The notes under the pieces were generated by a model that saw nothing but the letters and a program-made list of their open reading frames with translations, was not told the DNA's origin and did not search any database. Source: the human T2T-CHM13v2.0 reference genome, Homo sapiens. From it: a stretch of DNA of 64,000 bases. Shown here piece by piece: positions 53,349-64,000 of the stretch; positions within the stretch are counted from its first letter, which is position 1; each line of letters opens with the position of its first letter. The stretch lies in the NCBI RefSeq assembly GCF_009914755.1, contig NC_060930.1; one strand, written 5' to 3'. The translations under genes and the position numbers were made by a program.

Positions 53349-54009
53349 GCGATTAAATTTTAATACTAAACTTCAAGGAGTAATAAAACCAAGAAGTGGC
53401 ACATGGGAAGGGAGCGACGACAGACTTCTTAGGTCTGGGGAAGAGATAGGAATCACCATATGGGCAGGTGAGTCCCCAGCGCTGCCTCTTGCTTTTCCTA
53501 GCTTGCTGTTTTCTTCTGCTCCTGGAATATATTCTGCAGAATATATTCTGCTCCTTTCACATATTGCTGTGAGGCTCCAGGGCGTTTTCCTCTTGGGCTC
53601 TTGCACAACAGGTGCGTGGTCTGTGTGGCCAGGTGGGCAGGTGAAAGTTTCAAGCCCGGTGTCACCTGCATTGAAAGCGAGTTTAAGAGCTTTTAAGGTC
53701 AACTGAGATTCCAAACTAGTTCTTCAAATTCATAAACCTCTGCTGATATAGCTTAACCTCCTCCTTACTTAGCACGAGTTTATCCAAAATTCTCTTTGTT
53801 GGTTGAAAAGATAGTTGACTTTCTTAAATCTACTTTGGAAAACATACCAGGTGGAGGCCCTTGGGTAAAAAAGCCCAAAGACCCAGGTCTCTAATCCAAG
53901 TTCCACTACTGCCCGGGCAGGAAATGCAGATTCACTGATCAGTTTCCTCACCTGTGAAACAAGAGAGCAAATCTCCAGCCCTCCAGACAATTAATTACAG
54001 AAGTCACAA

Positions 54010-54403
54010 TTCTTCTTTCCTCCTCCCCTTCCCCACCCCGTCCCCTCCCCCTACCCCCTCCCCCTCCATCCTCCTCCTCCTCCTTGTCTTCCTCCTCTCC
54101 TTCTCCTTTTCCTCCTCCTCCTCCTTCTCCTTCTTCTTCTTCTTCTTTTCATGCAACAAATAGCAGGAGCCATTCACTGAGAGCTCTCCAGGGAGCTCTC
54201 CAAGGAGTTCTTCTTCTCCTTCTCCTCCTTCTCCTCCTCCTCCTTCTCCTCCTCCTCCTTCTCTTCCTTCTCCTCCTTCTCACCCTCCTTCTCCCCCTCC
54301 TTCTCTTGTACCTTCTCCCCCTTTCCCTTCCCCTTCTTCTATCTTCTTTCTTTCTTTCTTTCTCTTTCTCTTCTTCTTCTCCTTCTTCTTCTTCTTCCTC
54401 TTC
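54010..54403. repeat. Polypyrimidine (CCT/CTT)n low-complexity tracts
   Basis: Directly visible, two blocks. Confidence 0.92.
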
Positions 54404-55089
54404 TCATGCAACAAATAACAGGAGCCATTCACTGGACTGGATTGGTGATTAAAAATCTGAAAAAACCAAAAGCCCTGGTCTGGAGGTTGGAGCCTCTTTC
54501 TAGTGGGAAAAGGCCCCTTCAGGGTACATCACCCTTGGATTTTTAAAAATACCTTTTCCTTTACCTGATCCTGTGCTCAGATCCTATCAAGTTAATAAGC
54601 AACTGTGACATTTTTGTCAATATGGATCCATGTATAAAATATAATGTGTTTAGACTAGGATGACATTAAAATTCAGCGCTTAAACTTGGGAGACATTGGA
54701 AGAAATGACATTTTAGAGAAGTAGCAGGAGATAAATCTCTCGTTACAGTCAGCTCTGCAGGAGTCAAATGCTGCTGTGTAGAAGAATAAGGATGTTCAAA
54801 ACCATTTTGTCTCCCAAGTAGAAGGATATTTGAAAGTATTTTTGTGTCTTTCTAAACCCATTTTTGTACAAGTAGTATTCATTCTGCATCTGTACAGGTG
54901 GAAGGCTCAAAAGCTTAGTCCAAGGCTACCTAGTCCAAACCCACATTCTGTAGATAAGGGAACTGAGATGGGGAGAGGCTGGTGCCTTTCCTGGGGTCAT
55001 AGAGCTAGGATGACCGTGGTCTGGAGCCGGAATTCAGGTCTCTTCGGCCTCCGGCAGGCACTCTTCCTGCTACTCCTATTCCCCTTAAT

Positions 55090-55480
55090 GCAGCCCTGAC
55101 TCACCGTGGCCTTTCACATGCAAACCCATCCAGAGCCCATGCCCCAACCTCCTCCTCCACTGGGGTCTCACACTCAGGCCGCTAACTCCCTGCCCTAATC
55201 CCCCAGGGCCAGGTAACAGATAACTAGGGACAGGTCTCACATCCCCGAACCTGCTGAAACTATCCAAACGAGACAATCCTAACCCTGCGTGCCCTCCCTT
55301 GCCTGTTCCACAGAAACCGCAGTAAAGGCCCTTGCACAGCTCCTCAGTCCCCCGCCTCCTGACCCAACCGTTCTTCCCCACGCGGCCCCCTTGGCATGGC
55401 GTGCCCCCTCCTCCTGGGATCTGTAACACACTATCTTTCTATGGTCTTTTCATGAACTTTGGCCTTACCGAACCTCACAT
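55090..55480 (+). mobile_element. MER74-like ERVL LTR
   Basis: cagggccaggtaacagataactagggacag...cacagaaaccgcagtaaaggcccttg...ggcgtgccccctcctcctggga...ctatcttt. Confidence 0.75.
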
Positions 55481-58059
55481 TTTCTACCAATGCATTGTAT
55501 CTTCAGCCACAGAGAGGCCAATGCCCAGCCGGCAAATCAGGTGCTCCTACCCCTGTGTGGTTCATGAGGCCAGCCAAGCCCACACACAGGGGCACTGAAG
55601 GGATCCCAGATGGCTTCTCTCTGGCCATTCGACAGGGGCCTGATCAGCCGCACTTCTGATCATCCAGCCAGAACCACCTGCTTTGAAGGAGGGCATTTAA
55701 CTTCTGCTGGGGAAAAAAAAATCACTTCAAAATCTCTAGTCGGCCTTTTCCACCTTTAATCTCCTGGGCTTTTCATTTAAATTCCTATTAGTGGGATCTG
55801 GGTGGGGGCTGAAATCCTGAACCTGAGTCATGCGTCCCCACCCCAGACTCAGGCGCCTGACCTGAATAATAGCTTTCCTTCTAAGTGCCTTGGAAAAGGC
55901 GGCTGCCAAGCTCCAAGCACAGGGAGGTGGTGGGGGCAGAGCTGACGTGGGTTCAAATGACAGTGGAGTTGCTTCTTTTTCTTCTTGGCAAGGGGCATGG
56001 GGAGGGTGACGAGGAGGCGGGGGTCCCATGGTAAGTGCAAATGAAAGAAAGTTCACGGAGAGCATGGGCAATGGGCCAGACAAAACTCGCTTCCATTTCT
56101 CTTTCTCTTATTAGCTGTGTGATCTTGGAAAAATCATGGAACGTCCCTAAGCCTCTTGTTCATTTGTAAGATGGAGAAGGGAATAAGAAGTGACATTTCC
56201 TGAGGAATTCTGATGTGCCCTTGTTTTCAGTGCTTTCTGTTATTCACTAAGTGAGTTCTCTAAATGGCCTTAGGATGCAGGGGCCGTTGTATAGACAAGA
56301 AAAGGAGGTGAAATGCTTGGGAGGCATATCTGGGCAGCCTGTGTCCAGGGCCCACATAACCCTGGCAGCTGTACTTTGCACAGTGCCAGCCCATGGTCAG
56401 TGCACACCCAGTGCTGCTGCAGACAGCGCCAGGAAGTGGGCGCTGTTCTTACGTGTGAGCCACAGCTGTCCTGCTTCCTTGGAATAGAGCTGCTCTCACT
56501 GCTGTGCTGTGGTCACGCTCAATGCCCAATTCTTCCTCCTCTTGATTTCTTTCCAGCCTTCCTCCCCAGCCCCAGGAAGGGACCAAAGCCAGCTTGGGCT
56601 ATGGCTCCTGCAGTGGACTCGTTGAGTGAGCATTGGGGATTTGCTGCAGGTGTGTGGGGGAAGCTCCCCTCTCAGGCCTGGCTGGGAGCAGTGCAGGGGT
56701 CCCCATCCCCGGCTTCGTGACCTTCAGTCCTCCCTCACCCTCTGCCACCCTAGGAGAGGTTTGGAAACCCACAAGTGTCAGTTTTGGCCATCACCTGCCC
56801 CGAGACTGTGCTGCTGATGCTCCCACACTCAGGTCCCATTGAGATATCATCTCACAGGGGTTCTCAAACTCTTTCAACCTCTGTTCAATCATGACTTCAA
56901 CGTGCCGCACGATATACATGCTTTATTACAAATGAATCCCATGAAAAGGGATGGGCCAGGAGCGGCTGAATCTCTGGGGAAAGAAGAGGAGGAGAAAGAT
57001 GTGCAGTCAGGCCCCTGTCCCCGCCCCACCCCTGCTGGGGGGAAAGCAGCTAGCACTCAAGGGCCGCCAGGTCCGTCAGCCCAGCAGGCCTTAGCAGTGT
57101 CTTTTGGGCAGAGGCCTGGTTGATGCTGGCCCAGAAACACAGGGCCGCATCGCAAACAGAGCGGGGCAGCCCAATTGGACATAGCAGAAATGAAGGCAGA
57201 GGTGGAAAACAGAAGTCCTGTGAATTGGAGCGTAAACTCATTCCTCCAAAGTGATGAGTAGCTGTGGGGATGCAGTGACAAGGCGGTACAGCTATGATTT
57301 TGTGCAGGTTGGACTGAGTGGAGGTGGTTTTGGGGCTGAGAGGATGGGAAGAGGAGCTCAGACTTGCCATTTCAGGGCCCACCTTACGCATCTGCACAGA
57401 TAGAATCCAAACCCATGGACCCAGGGGCTCTTGCATCCATGGTGATGCTGAATTCACAATGGAAAGTGCAGCTGGGTACACCCGGGGCCCTCTGGACAAG
57501 GTGGTTACACTAGTAGTGGCCTGGACAGGAAGACGAGAGCCAGGCCCAGCTGCTCTACCTCCCAGGACTGCTTCTCGTGAGGAAAACAGGGCCACACTCA
57601 CCACTGGTTGGCGTGGTTTAGTCAGTAGGTGGTAAAGACTTAGAAGGTAGGAAATTCTTGTGGAGAGTTGTGGGAGGAAATGGAATTTTGGGGAGTTGAA
57701 CTGGAGTTTAATTGAGTAAGCATTTGTTTAAAGGTTGCTTCTGGAAGATTCTTCTATAATGCAAGGAACCATTCCCCAACTCAAGTAGGGGCTTACTCCT
57801 AAAGACATAGCCCACTATCATCAGATGGATTTTTATGGACTTTTTATGAGATTCCAGGTCTCACAGTCAATAAGCTACTTATGAAACTACTCATGGAATA
57901 AAAATGTGGAAAAGTGTGGAAAAAATTCTTGTTGCTCCTTTTTTTATGAACTCACAAAGTTTCATCAATTGAGTGAGTGAGAGACAGCACCTGGATGCCT
58001 CAGATTTTCCTGGGTGGAACGGCCATGTGTGTTGAGGGAAGACATCTCACCTGGTAAAG

Positions 58060-58260
58060 GATGCAGCTGTAAGTCAGTGGCAGACACAGGGTTGGAGTCA
58101 GTGTCTTGGGTTTGATTCCCAACTTCACCCTAAAGAGCAAGCTTAAACTGGACAAATTGTCTAACCCTGTGACCCTCAGTTTCTTCATCTGTAAAATGGG
58201 AATATTATTTATTTCCCAAGTTATCTTGATGATTTTAATCAATGGTTGGCAGGAGGATGT
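58060..58260 (+). mobile_element. MIR SINE
   Basis: ttggagtcag..tgggtttgattcccaacttcacc..cctcagtttcttcatctgtaaaatggga. Confidence 0.85.
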
Positions 58261-58704
58261 TTGATTAATATTGGTTTTTCCCTTTTTTCTTGCTAAACAT
58301 ATTTTAGAGGACATACCAGAAAGGGGCATTTGGACCATGTAAACTCACCCCTGCTTCTCTTCTGTGCATTAATTATATCTGCACTGGGGAAGGAGGTGGC
58401 CAGCCAGGAGGGGCTGCTCTCTCTCCTGGGACTTTGGAATATTTTTATTGTCTTGTCCTATGCCTCTTGCAGACCAGATTAATGATCATGCTACCTATAA
58501 ATGCCTCCAAAGTACACAAACTAGAGTGAAGGAAAAAAACCAGCTAGGGAAGGATCAGAGCTTCTTGTGGTTCTCACTTTCTCTTTGTGAGATGAACCTT
58601 GGGCTTGTCCCTTCACCGCCTTGGGTCTCAATGCCCTCATGTGAAAGACCCTGAGGTACCTGCCATCCTTAACTTCCTGTGATCCGTTATCACACTTAGT
58701 CTCC

Positions 58705-59295
58705 CTTGCAGGCACTGCTCTAAGTACATTAGTTCTTTAACTCACTTGATCCTAATAACAACTTGTCTTATTCCATTGGTGTTGCTATAAAGGAATACCT
58801 GGGGCTGGGGAACTTGAGGTTTATTTGGCTCATGGTTCTGCAGGTTGTACAAGAGGCATGGTGCCAGCATCTGCTTCTGGTGAGGGCTTCAGGCTGCTTC
58901 TACTCATGGTGGAGGGAAAGGGGAGCTGGAGAAGAGAGATCCAATGATGAACGTGGAAGCAAGGCTGGGAGGTGCTAGGCTCTTTTTAACATTCAGTTAT
59001 TGTGGGAACTACTAAGGTGAGAACTCATGCATTACTGCAAGGATAGCACTAAGCCATTCATGAGGAATCCGCTTCCATGACCCAAACACCTGCCACTAAG
59101 CCCCACCTCCAACACTGGGGATCAGATTTCAACATGAGGTTTGAAGGGGACAAATACCCAAACCATATCACAACCCTAAGTGATATGCACCATTATTTTC
59201 CCAGTTTCACAGATGAGGAGACTGAGGCACAGAGGGTTAAGTAATCTGCTCAGGGTCACAGAGCAAGTGAGTGGAGAGTGGGATCTGGAGTTCAT
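58705..59295 (-). mobile_element. MIR SINE split by an MST LTR
   Basis: caggcactgctctaag..taactcacttgatcctaataacaac | cctaag..cattattttcccagtttcacagatgaggagactgaggcacagagggttaagtaa. Confidence 0.8.
58764..59170 (-). mobile_element. MSTB-like MaLR solo LTR
   Basis: tgttgctataaaggaatacctg..tttatttggctcatggttctgcagg..catggtgccagcatctgcttctggtgagggc...aaaccatatca; TSD caac(t/c). Confidence 0.9.
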
Positions 59296-60738
59296 GCTCA
59301 CTTTGCTTCTCCACATTAATCACCTAACCAAACCTAAAACAAAAGTCAGAATGGGCTGACTTCATAGATCTCAGGCTCCTTGCCCTAAGAAGGGCATTTA
59401 ACCACAGACCCTTTTGGAGAGATACATGTTGTTTATGGGCTTCTTCAGGCAATCCCTACGTTTTTCATTTTTTCTACCTCCAGAGGAGGATTTGGCATAT
59501 TCCATCCCCTGTCCCTTGGTCTTGGGGCTATGACAGTGGCTGAGACCCTGCAACACAGGTTGAGTGGGAGAGGGAAGCAGTTGGCAAGGGCTTGAATCCA
59601 CACTCTGGGGCTCTGGATGGAGCTCTTCAAGCCACAGTGCAAAAAGAATGCAGCAGGCAAGGACAAGACCCTAAGGGACCAACCATGGTATGTGGTTGCT
59701 CATGATCTCATAAAGCTGTTTAACTGGTGAGCTAGCCTGGGCAGCAGGCAGCCCCAGGAGGTCCATGTCCTGACCAGCAGCAGGGCTGCTCTAAGAAAGG
59801 CCACTGCATGTGGTCTCAACCCCTACTCCATGCTAGCACAGTGCAGGACATGGGACCTACTGAGCACCAAGCAATGATCTCCTGAGGGTGCAAAAGGCAG
59901 GAAGGTTGGCAAGATTGAACTAGGGTCCCAGGATCCCAGCTTCTGTTGGGGTTCAAGGCAGAAACCCAGGTCTAAAGAAGAGCAGAGGAACTACAGGATG
60001 GATATACAGGCACTCAGGATTCTGTGGACTTTTCCAATTCGTGGGCAGCTTGGGCACCAAGGACTTGGGAGGGATGGGGAGGTCAAACATGGCAGCCAGA
60101 GTTGAGGCTCAGCCTCTTAATCCTGAGTTTTGGGAGTATGACTTACTGCTCTACTCCACTGAATGGTGGCACTAAGGTTTATATCCACTTTCTTCCAGAT
60201 TGACTAAAGGAATGAGATCGCAAGGAATCTGTACCAAGCAAGTAGCAGGGGCTAAATATAGGTAACTGCAGAGGTCATAGTATAAGAGACAATGCTGAGG
60301 CTGATGTTGTCATGCCTTCTTAGGTGGGTAATAGGTGGTAAGAAGTTGATGGAACATCCACAGCAGTGATTTTTCCCTAAATTTATATTAGACTAGCAAT
60401 AAATATAACAGGCCCCAAGGAAATCTACATTTACCTTTGGTGAAAGACTATTTTTTCATTGCACTTATCCTAAATAAGCCAATTAACTGATCATTAGCAG
60501 GTGGGTAACTTCTGCAATTTAAAAGTAGAGTTCATTAAACTTGAAATCAATTGAATGGTATTGATATTTATTTTTAAAAAACAATATTTATAAAAACCAA
60601 ACTATAGTACATTAAAAAATATCCATGCATTTCATGTAGTAAGATTAAATGCTTTTTAATGAAATACTTGTTCCAGTTTATATAGGCAAGGCCTCTGGGC
60701 ATGTCTGCTGAGCTGCATTTAAAATATACTGGTGACTG

Positions 60739-61057
<319 letters not shown>

Positions 61058-62664
61058 TCAGTCAAAAAATGTTGAAAGCCACTCCTCTGAGCATATGTTG
61101 AGAACCTACTGTGATCCAGGCTCTGTGGCAAGATCAAAGGCCTTAAAAGCTCAGCTGTGCTTTCGAGCAAGCTCAGTGGGCATAAGGAAATGACAAGGAA
61201 ATGTCAAGTATCCTCTCAGGAAAAGAAGAAAGCATGACAGAGGCACAAGGGTTGATATGATGGGCCTCCTTGGCAGGATTGGGAAAGGAAAGGTCCCTGG
61301 GAATGGGTTTTCTGAGCTGGGCAATTCAAGATGGAGAGGAATGGTAGGACAACTCCAGAAGAATATTTACATTACATAGTGAATATGTAGTTTATATATT
61401 GACTTTGCCACACTCCAGACATTCTGGTTACATTTGAACTTTCTTTAGGGCACCTGATCTTACACCAGTTTCCTTTGGATTGACTTCCAGGATCATCTCC
61501 TGAAGTCCCAAGAGCTAGAGCTGTCCAGGAATTAAGTTGGTGCCTGTGATATCATAAAGACATATTCTTTGGACCATAATAGATTTTTCTTATAAACGTC
61601 AAATATCTCCTTGTACTTAAAGAAATTTAAACAATTGTCTTCCACAAACCTAGTTTTCCTTGCCATTTAATGTTTGCAGTGATATTAAGAACCATTCTCT
61701 GACTGAAGTAATGTGGTGATACCATAGTCTTTGCTTCCAAATAAATATGTTACCAAAAAACTACTTCTGTTTCACAACCAGTATTACTCAGTCCTTAAAC
61801 CTGTCAAGCACAGTGTCATTAGTCTTCTGTACTGCTATAAGCTTTGTTTTGCATGTCATCCTAATAGAAGAAACCCTCAGGCAGTATTTAAGGCTATTAC
61901 TGTTGATTAAGTTCTGTAGAAGTGGATGTGGATGTGAATGCAAAAATTGGAGCTGTCAGATTGAGAGCGATTACCATGGGTAGGGCCTATTGGTATGGTT
62001 CAAAAGATGTATACTATTACACCAAAGACATGGACTGAAGGTTACCATCCTCAGAAAGTGAATACTCATCTATCTACTCTCAAATGGATGAATGGCAATT
62101 TCTAGCAGGTAAAATGTTGTCTTTGGTATACCTCAAAGTATTGCTTCTTCAAAGCAAAACAAACAACTTCAAGACTTAAGGGGATTTTGTATATTCATAG
62201 ATAAATTAGTCTATAAGATTGCATAAAATATATACATTATCTTAAAATAGCTATTTATAATCTGACTCTCTGAACTGTGACTACTTTATACAGGCTTTCT
62301 TCCAACTGATTGTCACTGTGGTATGATTTTGACATTTGATTTTAGTCAAAAGGTGTTTTTGGGGGGCTGTGAACTTCTCCACAAGTTTTTGTCATGAAAC
62401 ATGCCTAACAAAGAGAATGGCTGTTAAAAGAATGGCACAATGAATACCAAGTTAACTTTCATTCAGATTCATATTTAGCTCTCTATGTATACACACAGAT
62501 ATATATGTATAAATACATGTAAATGTGTAAATATATAAATATAACATGATCAAAATATATTTATTATATAAAATATATTTTTAAAATAACATAAAATATT
62601 TAAATACAAATATGATTATAAAGTGTTAAATTATAAATATATATGGCCACATGTTTTAAAATAA

Positions 62665-62925
62665 ATTTAGCCATCGTGATATTTCACCCCTAATTATACT
62701 AGCATTTGTTTTAAAAGAACAACATCCTATATAACTGTGATACCATTATTATATCTAAGAAAACAATAATTCCATAGAAATAATTTCATAATATCTAGCA
62801 CGCAGTACATACTCAAATTTCTGCAAGTGTTTCAATAATGTTTTTTATAATAATTGTTTATTTCTTAAACCAGGATCCAATCAAGTGTCACACATTGCAA
62901 TTTGTTGTTATGTCTCTTTAGCCTT
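62665..62925 (-). mobile_element. L1MC4/5-like 3' fragment
   Basis: tttcacccctaa..ataccattattatatctaagaaaa..caggatccaatcaag..cacacattgca.tttg.ttgttatgtctcttta. Confidence 0.7.
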
Positions 62926-62938
62926 TGTTTCAAATTGT

Positions 62939-63230
62939 CAGCACTGTCCACATATGCAATTTTAAATCTTCTAATAACCACATTAAAAAGGAAAAAGAAA
63001 CAGTTGAAATTAATTTCAAGCCTATATTGCTTTAATGCAGCCTCTCTAAAACTTGATGATTTTAACATGTAATCAAAATAAACACATTAATAAAAGATTG
63101 TACATTCTTTTTTTTTCATGATAAATCTTCAGAATCTGGCACATTTGACCTTTGCCGTGGATGTCAGTGAGGACCAGCTGTGTTTGCCTCTTAACAGCCA
63201 CCCACGGCTGGTGGTAATGCGAATCTTCCC
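62939..63230. mobile_element. MER33/MER3-like hAT-Charlie MITE
   Basis: cagcactgtcca..aattttaaatcttctaataaccacattaaaaag.aaaaagaaacag.tgaaattaattt..acatgtaatcaa. Confidence 0.7.
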
Positions 63231-63711
63231 AGCTTCTTATTTTCATGATAGGATCCCTCAGCTTTTAAAGAGTGCTATTTTTCTGCATTTTACTTTTCAA
63301 ACCAAATTCAAGGAAGAAAAGTAATGTTCTTATTAGAGAAATAAACAACACACTTTAATTTCAAGATTTGAGGAAGCTTTTCCTGGCTCCAGGCTATTAA
63401 TAACAGTACGTTCTCAGGGTGCAGCATTTTTTACTTCAGTATCATCAGACGCTTCACTACACATTTGCTATTTTAGATTGCTGCATGAGATCATGGCAAA
63501 CAAATGGAAAACAGTCTTGCTGCTTTCCAAAATCTAAGCCTTAAATAGGCACGGTAAGAAAATAGAAATTTTATTAAGTAATTGATAGTTTTTAAAGAAC
63601 TGTAAATTAGGAAACCTGAAGTTTCATTTAAAACTTACTAAATGAACAGTTTTTTAAACTTGGAACACTCCTTATAATAGAAGGAGCACATTGATAAACT
63701 GCTGTTGGCAT

Positions 63712-64000
63712 TCATTTATTCTTTTATTCATTCAGCGTTTCATTGTTGAGAAACTGTTCAAGGCACTAGAGATAAACCAGTGAATGCACGAATTCCTCCC
63801 TCATTTAGCTTAGGTACAGTGGAGTGGGGTGAGAAACAGCTCATAACAAACTAAATCACAGGAGTCTATGTCGTACATGATATGGATAAAAGGCAAGAAG
63901 GGCGATTAGGACATGCCAAGGATGGAATGGGGTTGCAATTCTGAATAAGGCATTCGAGGAAAAACTCATTGAGAAGGGGGCATTTCAGCACAAATTTGAA
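63712..64000 (-). mobile_element. L2 LINE 3' region
   Basis: tcatttattc..ttcattcag..ttgttgag..gttcaaggcactagagata..cagtgaa..ttgagaagggggcatttcagca. Confidence 0.65.

Noticed and set aside
53954-54452. Poly-Ser/poly-Leu ORFs
   Set aside because: Translation of (CCT/CTT)n low-complexity DNA
51315-57635. Cluster of 145-197-aa ORFs (51315, 51749, 52027, 57050)
   Set aside because: No recognisable domains, overlapping on both strands, composition typical of chance ORFs in GC-richer DNA

Overview
Primate (human-like) nuclear DNA, intergenic or deep intronic. It carries AluJ/S/Y, L1PA and older L1M LINEs, MIR/L2, MaLR (MLT1, MST, THE1), ERV1/ERVL LTRs and hAT/Tigger MITEs. I recognise no intact protein-coding exon, RNA gene, CRISPR array or prokaryote-type system. 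Every long ORF in the track is either repeat-derived or unrecognisable. Best-supported structures: (1) a 4.6-kb two-LTR provirus (LTR1/HUERS-P2-like, tRNA-Pro PBS, CATG target-site duplication) retaining a stop-interrupted MA-CA gag and an env tail; (2) a solo LTR12; (3) four tandem arrays: a GATA-type microsatellite, a 41-bp AT-rich near-palindromic minisatellite, a 38-40-bp VNTR with dimeric higher-order structure, and a 58-bp array rich in splice-donor motifs; (4) an orphan CpG-rich patch with a perfect CRE; (5) a probable decayed pseudogene whose parent I could not identify; (6) a small fold-back/palindromic insertion scar. Repeat subfamily names come from recalled consensus sequences, not a database search. 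Counts are by hand. I did not find a convincing new biological system; the findings are leads.
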